Source: an uncultured Phycisphaerales bacterium
GTDB taxonomy: Bacteria; Planctomycetota; Phycisphaerae; Tepidisphaerales; Tepidisphaeraceae
Assembly: GCA_963792535.1 (NCBI GenBank)
Contig: CAWBWQ010000001.1
Coordinates: forward strand, 96,001-160,000
Reading direction: 5' to 3'
Length of the DNA stretch: 64,000 bases
Shown here: positions 53,845-63,820 of the stretch, piece after piece
Numbering within the stretch: position 1 is the first letter of the stretch
Layout of the letters: every line of letters begins with the position of its first letter
Position numbers and translations under genes: made by a program
Notes under the pieces: generated by a model
Database searches by the model: none
What the model saw: only the letters and a program-made list of their open reading frames with translations
What the model was told of the DNA's origin: nothing

Positions 53845-54657
53845 TTAGGGATGTGCATGAAAGATGCGCAAGAATTTACTTTGGAGCGGCCACCGGATGC
53901 CGCCCATCGTCGCGTCGTGTTTCCACATCGCGGGAGTCACAATCGAATTGATTTCAGCAGCGCGGCGGTTTGCCAGTTCCCGCGTGGCGGGAATTGACCG
54001 CTGGGCCACTTCGTCGAGGAACTGCAGCAAGGGTCCTTCCAGCGACTGCTTAGCGGTGTCCGACGCCTGCACGTAGGTAACCAGTTTGGCACCAAGATCT
54101 TTTTTGTCAGTGTCAGACAGGTTCATGTAAATGATACTGATCAAACCGCGCAGCTTATTGACCTGAGCAGGAGGAAGATTCGTCGCGGCCAGACGGGCGT
54201 TGTCATTGACCAGCGCACGGGCAGCGTAGATGGTTTCCTTTACCGAGTCGTCGACAAACGCATAGTTGCCCGTATAGCTGATGATGTGCCAGTTTACCTG
54301 TCCGTTTTGTATCGACGCGTCGATTCTCGCCTGCTCAGTGTGCGCTTCCCACACGTTGGGGCCGCGCGTGCGGATGAACCTGCGCTGGTTGCCGGCGAAA
54401 CTGCCGCGGTTTGCGAGGCGCACACCGGGCCCGCCGTTGGGTCCCTGTCCACCGAACGACGCTGCCGGCGGCTGGGCTCCCGGATCTCCCAGAATTTTGG
54501 ATTCATGCGCGATCGGATCGGTCATCACATACCAGTGTATGATCCACCCACCGCCAGCCAGGCAGATCAGGATTACAGGTATGCTCAACCAGATGGGCAG
54601 AGGCCCGTCATCTCTTTGAACGTTGCTGCTTCCGGAGGTTGTTAATGCGCTTTGCAT
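53845..54657 (-). CDS. Hypothetical protein with N-terminal transmembrane helix
   Basis: 270-aa ORF directly downstream of a DUF1559-type gene. Confidence 0.6.
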   Translation of the reverse strand: MQSALTTSGSSNVQRDDGPLPIWLSIPVILICLAGGGWIIHWYVMTDPIAHESKILGDPGAQPPAASFGGQGPNGGPGVRLANRGSFAGNQRRFIRTRGPNVWEAHTEQARIDASIQNGQVNWHIISYTGNYAFVDDSVKETIYAARALVNDNARLAATNLPPAQVNKLRGLISIIYMNLSDTDKKDLGAKLVTYVQASDTAKQSLEGPLLQFLDEVAQRSIPATRELANRRAAEINSIVTPAMWKHDATMGGIRWPLQSKFLRIFHAHP

Positions 54658-54678
54658 GGTGGTTCCCTGCTGCGTTTT

Positions 54679-55578
54679 TCAGTTTGTCGACTTGGCGGTC
54701 ATATCGGGAACAATGTCCCAGGGATCGACCTGGTCAGACAGCGCCTGAGGCGGATTATTTTGAGCGTGCATGTCCTTGTACAGATAATTCGACCCTAGTT
54801 TTATGCCGTGTCGAAAGCGTTCCACATGCGTCAGGTTAGCGGTTGTGGGATCGATAGGAAAATCTCCCTGCTCCATGTAGTAATCGTCCTTGATCGATCG
54901 CTTCTCACCGACAAGGACAACGTCCGCATTGGTCTGCTGCCGCGTTGGTGGATTGGAGAAATATTTCAATACCTGATTCTGGTCCTGAACAAGATGCTGG
55001 TTAAACAGATAGGAATGCGCCGCACCCGGCTGGGGATCTTGCGGACAAACCATAATCTTGGGTGTCCATTGCTGGGCAAAAACTCCGGTGGGATCACCTT
55101 GACCTGTAGATGTTTCTTCAGGGATCCACTGCCCCCATTGCGCCTGCGCGGGAACCGGCGAGTATACATCTTTGATGATCCTGGCAGGCCAGCGTTCCCA
55201 TGGATAAACTTCGGTTCCCAATGTCATGTACGAGTTTGCGGTCCCGCCGCCGGATGTGGTGTCCGTCACCGGGCCGGAGTTATGTCCGTAACTGGAATAG
55301 CTTGTAGGTTCAAGAACTGTCAGATCCTGGATCTGCTGCGGACTGCCATCCTGCAGTGGCCCAAGGGGTATCAGCAGACCCCGATTTTCATCGGAATAAA
55401 TCTGCATCGCCAGACCAATCTGCCGCAGATTTGCCAGGCATTTTACCCGGGTTCCCTGCAGGCGGGCCTGCGATAAAGCAGGCAGCAGCAGTCCGATCAG
55501 CGTCGCGATGATGCCGATCACCACCAAAAGCTCTACCAGTGTAAATGCCGATCGGGCTTTGCTTTGAAAGTGTTTCAT
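54679..55578 (-). CDS. Prepilin-type N-terminal cleavage / DUF1559-like protein
   Basis: [29 protein letters not shown]...[10 protein letters not shown]-terminal RH...SNYLYKDMH (variant of H-X9-DG). Confidence 0.88.
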   Translation of the reverse strand: MKHFQSKARSAFTLVELLVVIGIIATLIGLLLPALSQARLQGTRVKCLANLRQIGLAMQIYSDENRGLLIPLGPLQDGSPQQIQDLTVLEPTSYSSYGHNSGPVTDTTSGGGTANSYMTLGTEVYPWERWPARIIKDVYSPVPAQAQWGQWIPEETSTGQGDPTGVFAQQWTPKIMVCPQDPQPGAAHSYLFNQHLVQDQNQVLKYFSNPPTRQQTNADVVLVGEKRSIKDDYYMEQGDFPIDPTTANLTHVERFRHGIKLGSNYLYKDMHAQNNPPQALSDQVDPWDIVPDMTAKSTN

Positions 55579-55693
55579 GTTTAGTCCAACCGCAATCAGA
55601 TTTCCCCTGGCTCATTTCTAATACGCCTGCAGGGCTGCATTGTTGCGGCTACCCCTCGATACTTTTACACAGGCCGCCCGGTACGATAGGTGT

Positions 55694-57271
55694 GTGAAGT
55701 CTGATCGGAATCACCCGCTCCCGCAAGCCCCCGCGGTCGTCCATCCGGGCCTGCCTGCCTTAATTTCCGCTGCTGTCGCGTTTTTGCTGTACGTGGTTAC
55801 GCTGCATGGGACCTACGTTTACGATGACCTGAACATCGTTCGCGACGATCCCCGGCTTCACCATCCCGGGCAATGGGTTCAGCTTTGGACGACGGACTAT
55901 TTTAACGGCGGGGCCGATAATTTATATCGCCCGCTGATTTCGAGCAGCTACGCGATCGAATGGTATCTGCACGGCGACAGGCCCTGGGTTTTTCATCTGG
56001 TCAATATCCTGCTGCACGCTTTGGTGTCAGCCGGGGTCGCGGAATTTACCCGGCGGGTGTGTGCCGCTTCATCGCGCGCGTTTTCCGCAGCGCTATGTGC
56101 CGGGCTGTTGTTTGCCGTTCATCCGGTTCATGTCGAAGCGGTATCTAATATCGTCGGTCGCGCTGAACTCGCCTGCACGGCGGGAATTGTGGCGGCACTG
56201 ATTCTCCTAGCCGGAAAGCCTCTTACCACCGGTCGGGCGATCGCGGTTGTGGGAGTCGCGATGATTGCTGTGCTGTGTAAAGAGCAGGGGGTTCTACAAC
56301 CGCTGCTCTGGTTATTTTTCGGCTTATCGTTCTGGAGATTTGCAGGTGCCCCGGATATCGAGCGGCGACATCTTCAGATTTTTATCCTTATCACCTGCTG
56401 GACCTGGGCCTGTTATCTGATCGGTCGGGAGCGGCTTCTTAAATTTGAATGGGACAGAAGCTTCCTCGACTTTTCAGTGCAGCCCATGGTTTTGAGCACG
56501 GGGCTCGATCGCGTCCTGATGCCTGTGGTTCTGCTGGGCCGTTACACCGCATTGCTGGTCTGGCCCGCGCACCTCTCGCCGGATTACAGCGGGGAAGTGA
56601 TCGGTCATATCGTGCGATACGCCGACCCGTTCTTGTGGCTGGGATTTTTCAGCATCATCACCTGGGTCACCGCCGCCTGCTGGTCCATCATCACCAGGAG
56701 GCATGTGGTTACGTTTTGCCTGCTGTGCCTGGCTGCAACCTACGGGATGATCGGCAATATTATCACGTTGATCGGCACTATCTTCGCCGAGCGACTGCTC
56801 TACCTGCCATCCGTCTTTTTTGTGATGCTGGTCGGGATCATGTTGGCGTGCGTTCCGATTAAACCGCGTGTGATATTGATGTCGATTGCAGTGGCGCTGG
56901 GCGGATTTAGCAGTTTCACCGCTGCACGCGATTGGAATCATCCGATGACTTTATTTCAAAAAGCGTTGGCGTCGCATCCCGACGCATTTCAGCTGCATCT
57001 GCTGATCGCGCAGGAATATCACACGCAGGGCAACGATTCTGCAGCCGAGCAGGTGATGAGCAGCGCCACCGCGCGTTTTCCAAATTACTGGCAAGCCTGG
57101 ATGCATCGCGCCGATCGCGAGATGGATGCCGGCAACTTGGACCAGGCTGCAAAATGCCTGCAGATCGCACAGAAAATTGAAGCAAGTCCGCTGCTGCTCG
57201 CTCCAGAATCCCGCCTGGCTGGTCTTCAAGCCGCAAAACAAGCCGGTTCCCGACCGGCAACGATGAGATAA
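55694..57271 (+). CDS. TMTC-like membrane glycosyltransferase (DUF1736-like) with C-terminal TPRs
   Basis: YVYDD, YRPL, FHLVNILLH, LFAVHPVHVEAVSNIVGRAE, KEQG, AERLLYLPS. Confidence 0.85.
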   Translation: MKSDRNHPLPQAPAVVHPGLPALISAAVAFLLYVVTLHGTYVYDDLNIVRDDPRLHHPGQWVQLWTTDYFNGGADNLYRPLISSSYAIEWYLHGDRPWVFHLVNILLHALVSAGVAEFTRRVCAASSRAFSAALCAGLLFAVHPVHVEAVSNIVGRAELACTAGIVAALILLAGKPLTTGRAIAVVGVAMIAVLCKEQGVLQPLLWLFFGLSFWRFAGAPDIERRHLQIFILITCWTWACYLIGRERLLKFEWDRSFLDFSVQPMVLSTGLDRVLMPVVLLGRYTALLVWPAHLSPDYSGEVIGHIVRYADPFLWLGFFSIITWVTAACWSIITRRHVVTFCLLCLAATYGMIGNIITLIGTIFAERLLYLPSVFFVMLVGIMLACVPIKPRVILMSIAVALGGFSSFTAARDWNHPMTLFQKALASHPDAFQLHLLIAQEYHTQGNDSAAEQVMSSATARFPNYWQAWMHRADREMDAGNLDQAAKCLQIAQKIEASPLLLAPESRLAGLQAAKQAGSRPATMR

Positions 57272-57273
57272 AT

Positions 57274-58146
57274 TTACTTGACCACTTGAAAAAGTGCATT
57301 GGAAAATGGGCCAAACCAACCCACACCCGCCGCCTTGACCTGCGCGGTTGTCAGTCCGTAAGACTCGTTTGAAAATGTCATTCCCTCAGCCGTCACATGC
57401 CCATCCGCCCAGGCAACATTCGCGCGACCGTGATGACGAAAATGAATGGAAGGATACGGAGCGGGATTGAAATCGTCAGGCGGCTTCGCAGCGCCTGCGG
57501 TAATTTGCGACCAGGGGGGTTCGCAAAAAGAATACTCCGCCACCACGGCGGCTGAACCCACCGGTTGGGCGATGCCGGCATCGGTGAACATCACCGTGTT
57601 GCTCGCGTGCAGCATCTGGCATATTTTCGCCGCGTGGGTGCACGCGTCGGGCAGCTGTGGATAGAGATCGTATCGACCGCCGATGTAAGTTCCGTTGTAA
57701 CCGTACCCGCCGCAGCCGGCTTCGAAATTGTTGCCTGTGGCAATGCCCTGCGACGGATCAAACGAAGGACAATTTTTTACCCGCCCGGTCGGCCCGAGAT
57801 AAGCGGCAAGCGGGCCCCGCGCGGGGTCGAACGGTTCATTGGCGGCACTTCGCACGCCGTGCCAACGGTAATACCCCGCCTGAGCGCCTTCGCCGGGCAA
57901 TTCATTAAAAATATCCGCAGCGGCAAGCACGCAAAGTGAATGGTTGTCGCCGGCATAAAGCAGATTCGCGATCGTCAGCTGGCGAATATTGGAACAGCAA
58001 ACCAGTTGTTCCGACTGCTGGCGAGCCCGCGACAGTGCCGGCAACAGCAAAGCAATCAGTATCGCAATGATTCCGATCACGACCAGTAATTCCACCAGGG
58101 AAAACCCGGCGTTGCGCTGCGATTGACGATGGGTGTTGGTTATCAC
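57274..58146 (-). CDS. Prepilin-type DUF1559-like protein with H-X9-DG C-terminal motif
   Basis: [49 protein letters not shown] overlap with the upstream gene. Confidence 0.9.
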   Translation of the reverse strand: MITNTHRQSQRNAGFSLVELLVVIGIIAILIALLLPALSRARQQSEQLVCCSNIRQLTIANLLYAGDNHSLCVLAAADIFNELPGEGAQAGYYRWHGVRSAANEPFDPARGPLAAYLGPTGRVKNCPSFDPSQGIATGNNFEAGCGGYGYNGTYIGGRYDLYPQLPDACTHAAKICQMLHASNTVMFTDAGIAQPVGSAAVVAEYSFCEPPWSQITAGAAKPPDDFNPAPYPSIHFRHHGRANVAWADGHVTAEGMTFSNESYGLTTAQVKAAGVGWFGPFSNALFQVVK

Positions 58147-60068
58147 GATTGCCGCCCCCCGCGTTTTCCGCGCACCGTCAAAAGTGCAGCGATCGATGCA
58201 ATCAGTCCCAGCCCGGCGGGTTCGGGAACGCTGTTTTCAGCGGCGATCTGCGACGTGATTGCTACATCGGGATTGGCAATGCCCGAACTGAAGGACGCGC
58301 CTTGGGTGTTAAATGCATTGTCGATCAGGGTGTAATCGCTGCCGTCGATCGTGCCGTCATAATTAAAATCACCGTTTTGCCAGCCGGTCCGGTGCTGAAG
58401 CATTCCATTGTCGATCAGGCTGTAATCCGAGCCGTCCACATGCCCATCGAGATTGGCGTCGCCGACATAGGTGAATCTGACGAGCACGTCGCTGGCGGTC
58501 AGGTTCAAACCGGTAGTGCCGTCAAAGGTGGACGAATAAACCGCATTTCCCTGGCCCGACACATTCAGCACGATACCGAGCGAGGTCAGATGCGATGGGG
58601 AAAACTCGGCGCTCGAACTGGTTATGCCAGTGCTTCCGTTCCACCCAAGTTGGTTAGCGCCGGATGCTATGTCAGCTGTAATAGTTGCCAGATTACCGTT
58701 GTGCAGAACCAGGCCGTTATTTCCCAGATCCAGCTTGCCAACGGCAGCGCCGCTTCGCGGTGGATCCAGATTGAGACTCGTCAGCGTTAGAAGCCCGGTG
58801 TTATTGTCCATAACCACGCTCGCGCCGGCCGCGATCGTAAGGGCGGTGCCCACCGGAAGAGCGCCGCTCACCGCGAGTTCAACGGTTCCACCGTTTACCA
58901 CCGTGATCCCGGTATAAGAATTTACGGTTGCCAGCGTCAGCTTCTGAGTGCCGGTTTTCACGAGCCCCGTAGTGCCGGTGATGCCCCCGGTTCCCGTGAT
59001 GGTAAAGCTCCCCGTGCTGTTATTCACCGTGACCGCGCCGGGCGAAACCAGACTATTCAGTACGATCGTCTGGTTATGTGTGACAATGCTGTTGTCGAGC
59101 GTGACGGCGTTTCCATCCTGATACCCCACACCCGTCTGATTCCAGTTGCTGCCGCCGGTCCATGTGCCGGTTGCGCCGGCATTGCTCCATTTCAGGATCG
59201 TATAACCCGACCCGGCCTGATCGTTTAAAACACCGACGCCCGCCAGGCAAAATCCTTCCGACCCCACCTGCGATGGTGCCGCAAAAGGACTGTTGATGAC
59301 ATCGCCTTTCGAATCATATGTGGCAAACGCCGGCGCGATATCTCCTGTCACACTGAGAAAACGGACAGCAGTGATAGCGTTTACGTTCAGCAGCGGTGAA
59401 ACCGTTGCCAGTTCACTCAAATCAAAAGGCGTTCCCCACCCCACGGGATCTTTTCCAGCCAGGTCATACAAATTCGTCGGATCGACCTCACCAAAGCTGC
59501 CCACCTGGGTGGCGGTCTGGGTTAACGATACAGACGGAAACTGAAAGAAATTGACTCCGTTGGAGCTCACCTCCACCAGCGCCGGCTTGACCCATTCCTG
59601 GCTGCCTGTGGAAAAACCGTTTCCAAAGACCGCAAAATCAGCACCCGGTCCATCGATGATTGGCTGACTGAAACTGAGTGTGGCGGTCCCGTTCTGCCCG
59701 AGAGCGACCGCATCGCTGGTTGACTGCGGTTGCGCCGGCATTCCCACCGGCGCGGTGTTGGCAGTTGAGCTTCCGGTGGCCGCCATGGATGCACCATCGG
59801 AACCGCCGTAAAAAGCATAATTCAAGGGGCCGTTCGGATCGGATGCGTAAAACGTGGGGTTTGCCACGTAGCGCAGCCCGCGCACCACCGTTGCCCCAGA
59901 AGCCCACTCGATCAAACTCGAACTGCTTGCCTGCACCGCGGGTGATCCGGTTTGCGAACCAACCGGCACGTAAGGTCCCGCTTGCACGATCGAGCAGTGC
60001 AATACCATTGCCGAGGCAATGCCACCGGTCATGATTCCCGTTTTTCGCCAATGCATAAGACCATCCAT
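58143..60068 (-). CDS. PEP-CTERM surface protein: N-terminal beta-sandwich domain, autotransporter-associated beta-strand repeat, dockerin-like repeat
   Basis: Signal peptide; [29 protein letters not shown]...[18 protein letters not shown]...NSYTGIT; GDANLDG/GDFNYDG; VPEP + TM + RGKR. Confidence 0.85.
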   Translation of the reverse strand: MDGLMHWRKTGIMTGGIASAMVLHCSIVQAGPYVPVGSQTGSPAVQASSSSLIEWASGATVVRGLRYVANPTFYASDPNGPLNYAFYGGSDGASMAATGSSTANTAPVGMPAQPQSTSDAVALGQNGTATLSFSQPIIDGPGADFAVFGNGFSTGSQEWVKPALVEVSSNGVNFFQFPSVSLTQTATQVGSFGEVDPTNLYDLAGKDPVGWGTPFDLSELATVSPLLNVNAITAVRFLSVTGDIAPAFATYDSKGDVINSPFAAPSQVGSEGFCLAGVGVLNDQAGSGYTILKWSNAGATGTWTGGSNWNQTGVGYQDGNAVTLDNSIVTHNQTIVLNSLVSPGAVTVNNSTGSFTITGTGGITGTTGLVKTGTQKLTLATVNSYTGITVVNGGTVELAVSGALPVGTALTIAAGASVVMDNNTGLLTLTSLNLDPPRSGAAVGKLDLGNNGLVLHNGNLATITADIASGANQLGWNGSTGITSSSAEFSPSHLTSLGIVLNVSGQGNAVYSSTFDGTTGLNLTASDVLVRFTYVGDANLDGHVDGSDYSLIDNGMLQHRTGWQNGDFNYDGTIDGSDYTLIDNAFNTQGASFSSGIANPDVAITSQIAAENSVPEPAGLGLIASIAALLTVRGKRGGRQS

Positions 60069-60120
60069 GTCCCGCCCCCGTGATGGTGAAGGCTGCTGCC
60101 CAAGGCGCAGTCAATGTGAA

Positions 60121-60900
60121 TCAACCAACAACCGCCGCGCAGCGCCGCCGCCTGCCCAGGCCTATTGCACCGGCGGCAGCAAGAAGTCCGAGGCTCGTCG
60201 GTTCGGGCACTGATGTCAGATTGTCCAGCGCGACATACTCCGGGGTGTTGATTCCAAATTTCCCCACATCGCTTGACGCAAAACTCAGGCTGATCGAACT
60301 CGCGGAGTTGAGCGGGGACAGGTCGACCGGTGTCCACTGATTCACAATGTAATCCTTGGCATTATCACTAAACCGATAATCCGCCAGATAAAATGTGACT
60401 GCACCCGTGGTGGAACCTGTAGCATCCTCACCGGAATAACCTGTCAGCGTCACATCGAAAAAGTCCGGATCGTTCCCCGATGCTCCACCAAATTTCTTGG
60501 CGAAACTATCGCCGTTCTTCATCGATAAACCGGCGTAGGTTGTGTTGGTCAGTTCCACCGATCCGGGCCTTTGCCCGGCGGGCAGGTCTATCACCGACGA
60601 CGGATATGCCACCGCATAAATAGTTCCCGGAGCAACGGCACCACCGGCGTAGGACGCATATTGATTGCCGTAACCGGGCGTTGTGACATCGGCTACATTG
60701 GAGTAACTGAACCCGTTCCACGAGCCATAGGTCGAATCGAAGGTGTTATTAAACGAGATGCCGTGGCTCGAGAATGCGGTGTCATTTGAATAAGTGTTGG
60801 CACCGGGGAGGGAAAGATCTGAAAAATCCGCAACATTGCCGCGCACGGTCACACAGGTGCAACCGATTCCAGCAAGACCAAACAGAATAAAACGACGCAT
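60121..60900 (-). CDS. DUF4465 domain PEP-CTERM protein
   Basis: SWNGFSYSN, NQYAS, LTNTTYA..SM..GD.FAKKFGG, FYLADYRF, WTPVDLS, SSD.G..G.NTP.Y.ALDN; VPEP-TM-RRRR; GGAG RBS. Confidence 0.88.
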   Translation of the reverse strand: MRRFILFGLAGIGCTCVTVRGNVADFSDLSLPGANTYSNDTAFSSHGISFNNTFDSTYGSWNGFSYSNVADVTTPGYGNQYASYAGGAVAPGTIYAVAYPSSVIDLPAGQRPGSVELTNTTYAGLSMKNGDSFAKKFGGASGNDPDFFDVTLTGYSGEDATGSTTGAVTFYLADYRFSDNAKDYIVNQWTPVDLSPLNSASSISLSFASSDVGKFGINTPEYVALDNLTSVPEPTSLGLLAAAGAIGLGRRRRCAAVVG

Positions 60901-61149
60901 GAGTGCTCCAATCATTCGGTCAGCTCGCGTGACCAATGAGAAACCCTCGGCCTTGCGCCGCAAAGGATGCGGAGGAAGGCCGAGGGTTTGAAAGCGCCAA
61001 CGAAATGCCGCATGCCGGTTGATCCGCCCGTCGATTCAATCGAGGAAAGACCAGAAACCGCGCAAGCTGCGTCTGCAGGATCTTGAACCCGGGCCGTCCC
61101 ATTTCGCGAGGACGAATCCGATTGGCCTGATGAACAAACATCAGGCTCG

Positions 61150-61300
61150 CACCTGCGAGCCGGTCTTCTGGCTCGGGACACCCTCGATCGCCTTCCCACC
61201 GGGTTAACCGGCAGTGGCCAGATGGATCGAGGGAAATGAATCCCTTACAGCGGCGCGTCCGCGTCGGATTTCCACCGACTTCCCTACGCCCGCAGGTGAT
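61150..61300 (-). ncRNA. Cobalamin (B12) riboswitch
   Basis: Reverse complement reads AGGGAA-GTCGGTGGAAATCCGAC-GCGGACGCGCCGCTGTAA...GCCACTG...GGGAAGG...GAGCCAGAAGACC, closed by ACCTGCGGGC/GCTCGCAGGT. Confidence 0.9.
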
Positions 61301-61306
61301 GCGTCG

Positions 61307-61334
61307 AATCTACAGGTTTAAATCCCAACGTCAA
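61307..61334 (-). promoter_or_regulatory. sigma70-type promoter for the riboswitch operon
   Basis: Reverse complement TTGACG-N16-TAGATT immediately 5' of the riboswitch. Confidence 0.6.
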
Positions 61335-61584
61335 TCAATCGCCTTTGCGTTTCTGCCTTAGGCTCAATCGAATAACATCAATGCGCACATAAACGCCACT
61401 AAATGCGCAAGCATATCGAACATAAATGCTGGAATAAAAGGGGCTTTCCGCCGATCCCACGCTACTTACGCCGAATTAAGCCCCTCAGCTGACGCGAAAC
61501 AAACTGGCGTTACATCTATTTTCGGCTATAACTACATTATCAATCAAAGGTTGCATCAGGGAAAACTTCATTCAATGTGGATGT

Positions 61585-61823
61585 CACCTTTTCCCGGTCC
61601 TAAGACAAAGCTCCAGAGATGATGCAGGGATACCAACAACGGGGATGTTCAGCCAGTCATCATGCATTTGCGGAGGGCCGTGGGTGTGCCGGTATTATTT
61701 CATCACAGCCGACGTGAGGAGCAACGGTCCAACCGCAATGTGTCGGAAGTAGCGAACGGCTGTCCCGATGAATGGCAATTCCATCACAGTTTTGATTTGG
61801 ATTGTTGTCCAAAAGTCTCTCAT
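61585..61823 (-). pseudogene. Truncated membrane protein fragment (possibly MauE/DoxX-like)
   Basis: ATG overlaps the upstream stop (ATGA); GPLLLTSAVMK then an in-frame TAA; the continuation runs into the REP-like AAAAGGTGACATCC. Confidence 0.35.
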
Positions 61824-62704
61824 TTTCCGAATATGATCGGCTTATTCGGTTCCTCAATGCCAAAAGCTTTCAAGGTAAATTGATCCTCGGGCAGTTCGAC
61901 AAATTCGAGTTTAGTGACATCGTCTGTCACCTCGTCTTCGACCCGATCTCCTGGCCTGACTCGCCAAGATTTTACCTGCGATACCTTCGGGACCGGCTGC
62001 ATTTCGCTATACTTGACCCGCCCCTCACCGGTAAGGTTGCGATCCGTCTGTTCCGCTGAGGTATCATCGTGCCGAAAGGTGAAACGGTAGCTTACCACAG
62101 CCCATGTATTAGGCTCGAAGCAGATGTAACCCTCTTCAGTCCGACGCTCCGGCAGATGTTTCAAATACTCGATCTTTATGACCTTTTGTTTGTCAACAAC
62201 ATCAATCCGTGCCGACTGCCAGTGTATCGCCGTATCGGCCAACATATCCGGCACTGAAGTTGTCATACGACAGTATGCGGCGGCGAGCGGAGCGAGGTTA
62301 AGCCGAGCGTTGACTAAGAAATCCGCTTGTGGACCGAACTGATCAACCGTGAATCCTTGAACTCCTTCCAGCCGATGCATTCCAAAATACTTCTCCGCAG
62401 TTCCACCAAACGCGAAAACCGACCCCGCTGGCAATCTCGATTCGTTGGACTCAAGCATCGTGTCTAAATCTCGGATCGCTTTTTCACGCCAAGCGATTTC
62501 GAATGACTTGCGCCACAAAAGCTTTCCGTTTGCGTCAGTTACTATGTGGACTCCATATGCTCGAGAATGCGAGTAGGCGTTCTGTAACTTTGTCAAAGCC
62601 TTTGGACACTGCGTCCTGAAATCATCGAGCAAGGCCGCGCGCACTTGCCCAACCGCAAAATAAAACATCAATGAGGCTGAAAACACGAAGAGCACGCGAC
62701 TCAT
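61820..62704 (-). CDS. Secreted hypothetical protein
   Basis: AGGAGG RBS; signal peptide ending VRA; C-terminal DQFTLKAFGIEEP. Confidence 0.7.
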   Translation of the reverse strand: MSRVLFVFSASLMFYFAVGQVRAALLDDFRTQCPKALTKLQNAYSHSRAYGVHIVTDANGKLLWRKSFEIAWREKAIRDLDTMLESNESRLPAGSVFAFGGTAEKYFGMHRLEGVQGFTVDQFGPQADFLVNARLNLAPLAAAYCRMTTSVPDMLADTAIHWQSARIDVVDKQKVIKIEYLKHLPERRTEEGYICFEPNTWAVVSYRFTFRHDDTSAEQTDRNLTGEGRVKYSEMQPVPKVSQVKSWRVRPGDRVEDEVTDDVTKLEFVELPEDQFTLKAFGIEEPNKPIIFGK

Positions 62705-62822
62705 AACGCCTCCTGTTAAAGCATGGCAAATCAGATTTCGCTGAGGATTGCTGAAGTTCTGTGAAAGGAAGGCCGCATGAGCCATGGATGAATTGTTTGA
62801 CCTTACAGCGTTACGCAAAGCC

Positions 62823-63209
62823 CTAGCCGCCCTTGTTCTTCCCCTTTTTCAGTGTCGGAATCGACGAACACTCGGGACACCGATCTGGTGTACCCCGAAG
62901 ATCATAACCGCATACTATGCAGCAACCAGCCATACACCGCTTCTGCGCCATCCTTCTTTGGCTAAAAACGTTTACCACAGAGTAAATTGGTAGAACTAAG
63001 AATATGATCAACAATGCTTTGATACTGAGTTCCCAATAACTGCCATCCGAATAATCAATGACGGAAATAAACTCGTATGAATGATGTACCAGCCAGCGGT
63101 GCTTGTCTCCGAACGTAAATTCCCATTCGGGCGAATAAATTAACCAAACTGTAGCGGCGCTTGCGGCACATAAAACTATATTAGTCCAAAACCAAGACCT
63201 GCTTGACAT
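62823..63209 (-). CDS. Membrane protein with C-terminal zinc-ribbon
   Basis: Two hydrophobic segments; CIVCGYDLRGTPDRCPEC; AAGGAG RBS. Confidence 0.75.
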   Translation of the reverse strand: MSSRSWFWTNIVLCAASAATVWLIYSPEWEFTFGDKHRWLVHHSYEFISVIDYSDGSYWELSIKALLIIFLVLPIYSVVNVFSQRRMAQKRCMAGCCIVCGYDLRGTPDRCPECSSIPTLKKGKNKGG

Positions 63210-63269
63210 ACAGAATTCTCCTTAAGTCATGGAGTTTGAATTTGCGTGTGCGTCAGGTCATTAACATCA

Positions 63270-63379
63270 GGGCGATGCAAAGGGGACGGGGCGATGCAAA
63301 GGGAAACTTCAATCAATGCGGCGGGAACCCGTAAGCTAAAAAGGCGATATCCATTAAAAACGACGATGGATGTCACCTT
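63270..63379. repeat. REP-like repeats and palindrome
   Basis: GGGCGATGCAAAGGG x2; imperfect IR AAGGCGATATCCAT (63341-63354) / ATGGATGTCACCTT (63366-63379). Confidence 0.6.
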
Positions 63380-63380
63380 C

Positions 63381-63748
63381 TCAGCTCCCCTTGACATCAA
63401 CCCGAATCCCTAGCTTCGTCGTAGCGTCCAAATTTCCGTCACTTGTGATCACAATGATCTCTTTATCGAGTTCCCCAATCGTGCTACCCAGGTCGACTTT
63501 GAACTTGAGTGAGCCTGATTCCCCGGGCAAGTATGTTTTCTGTTTCAGCTCCGCTAGCACGCAACTAGAAGACGGCCTGACCTCCTTGATGATAATAGGT
63601 CTATCCGACGGGTTTTTGAAGTGAAATACCGCAGCACAGCTGCTGTCGGAAGCCGCCGCTGAAAGCGAGATTACCGGACTGACCCAATCCAACTTTACGC
63701 CAGCGTGACTGTCAGCAAGAAACTGTCGAACGGCTTGAACATGGATAT
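63381..63748 (-). pseudogene. DUF1573 (Ig-like) domain fragment
   Basis: FHFKNPSDRPIIIKEVRPSSSC...YLPGESGSL; no genuine start, the 5' side runs into a tandem repeat. Confidence 0.55.
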
Positions 63749-63820
63749 GGGCGATCAAAGGGGTCGGGGCGATCAAAGGGGTCGGGGGCGATCAAAGGGG
63801 TCGGGAGGTCGGGAGTCTTT
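63749..63820. repeat. Tandem GGGCGATCAAAGGGGTCG x3 plus duplicated GGTCGGGA
   Basis: Directly visible in the sequence. Confidence 0.85.

Noticed and set aside
63749..63805. Possible CRISPR array
   Set aside because: 18-bp units are directly adjacent with no spacers, and there are no cas genes in the window
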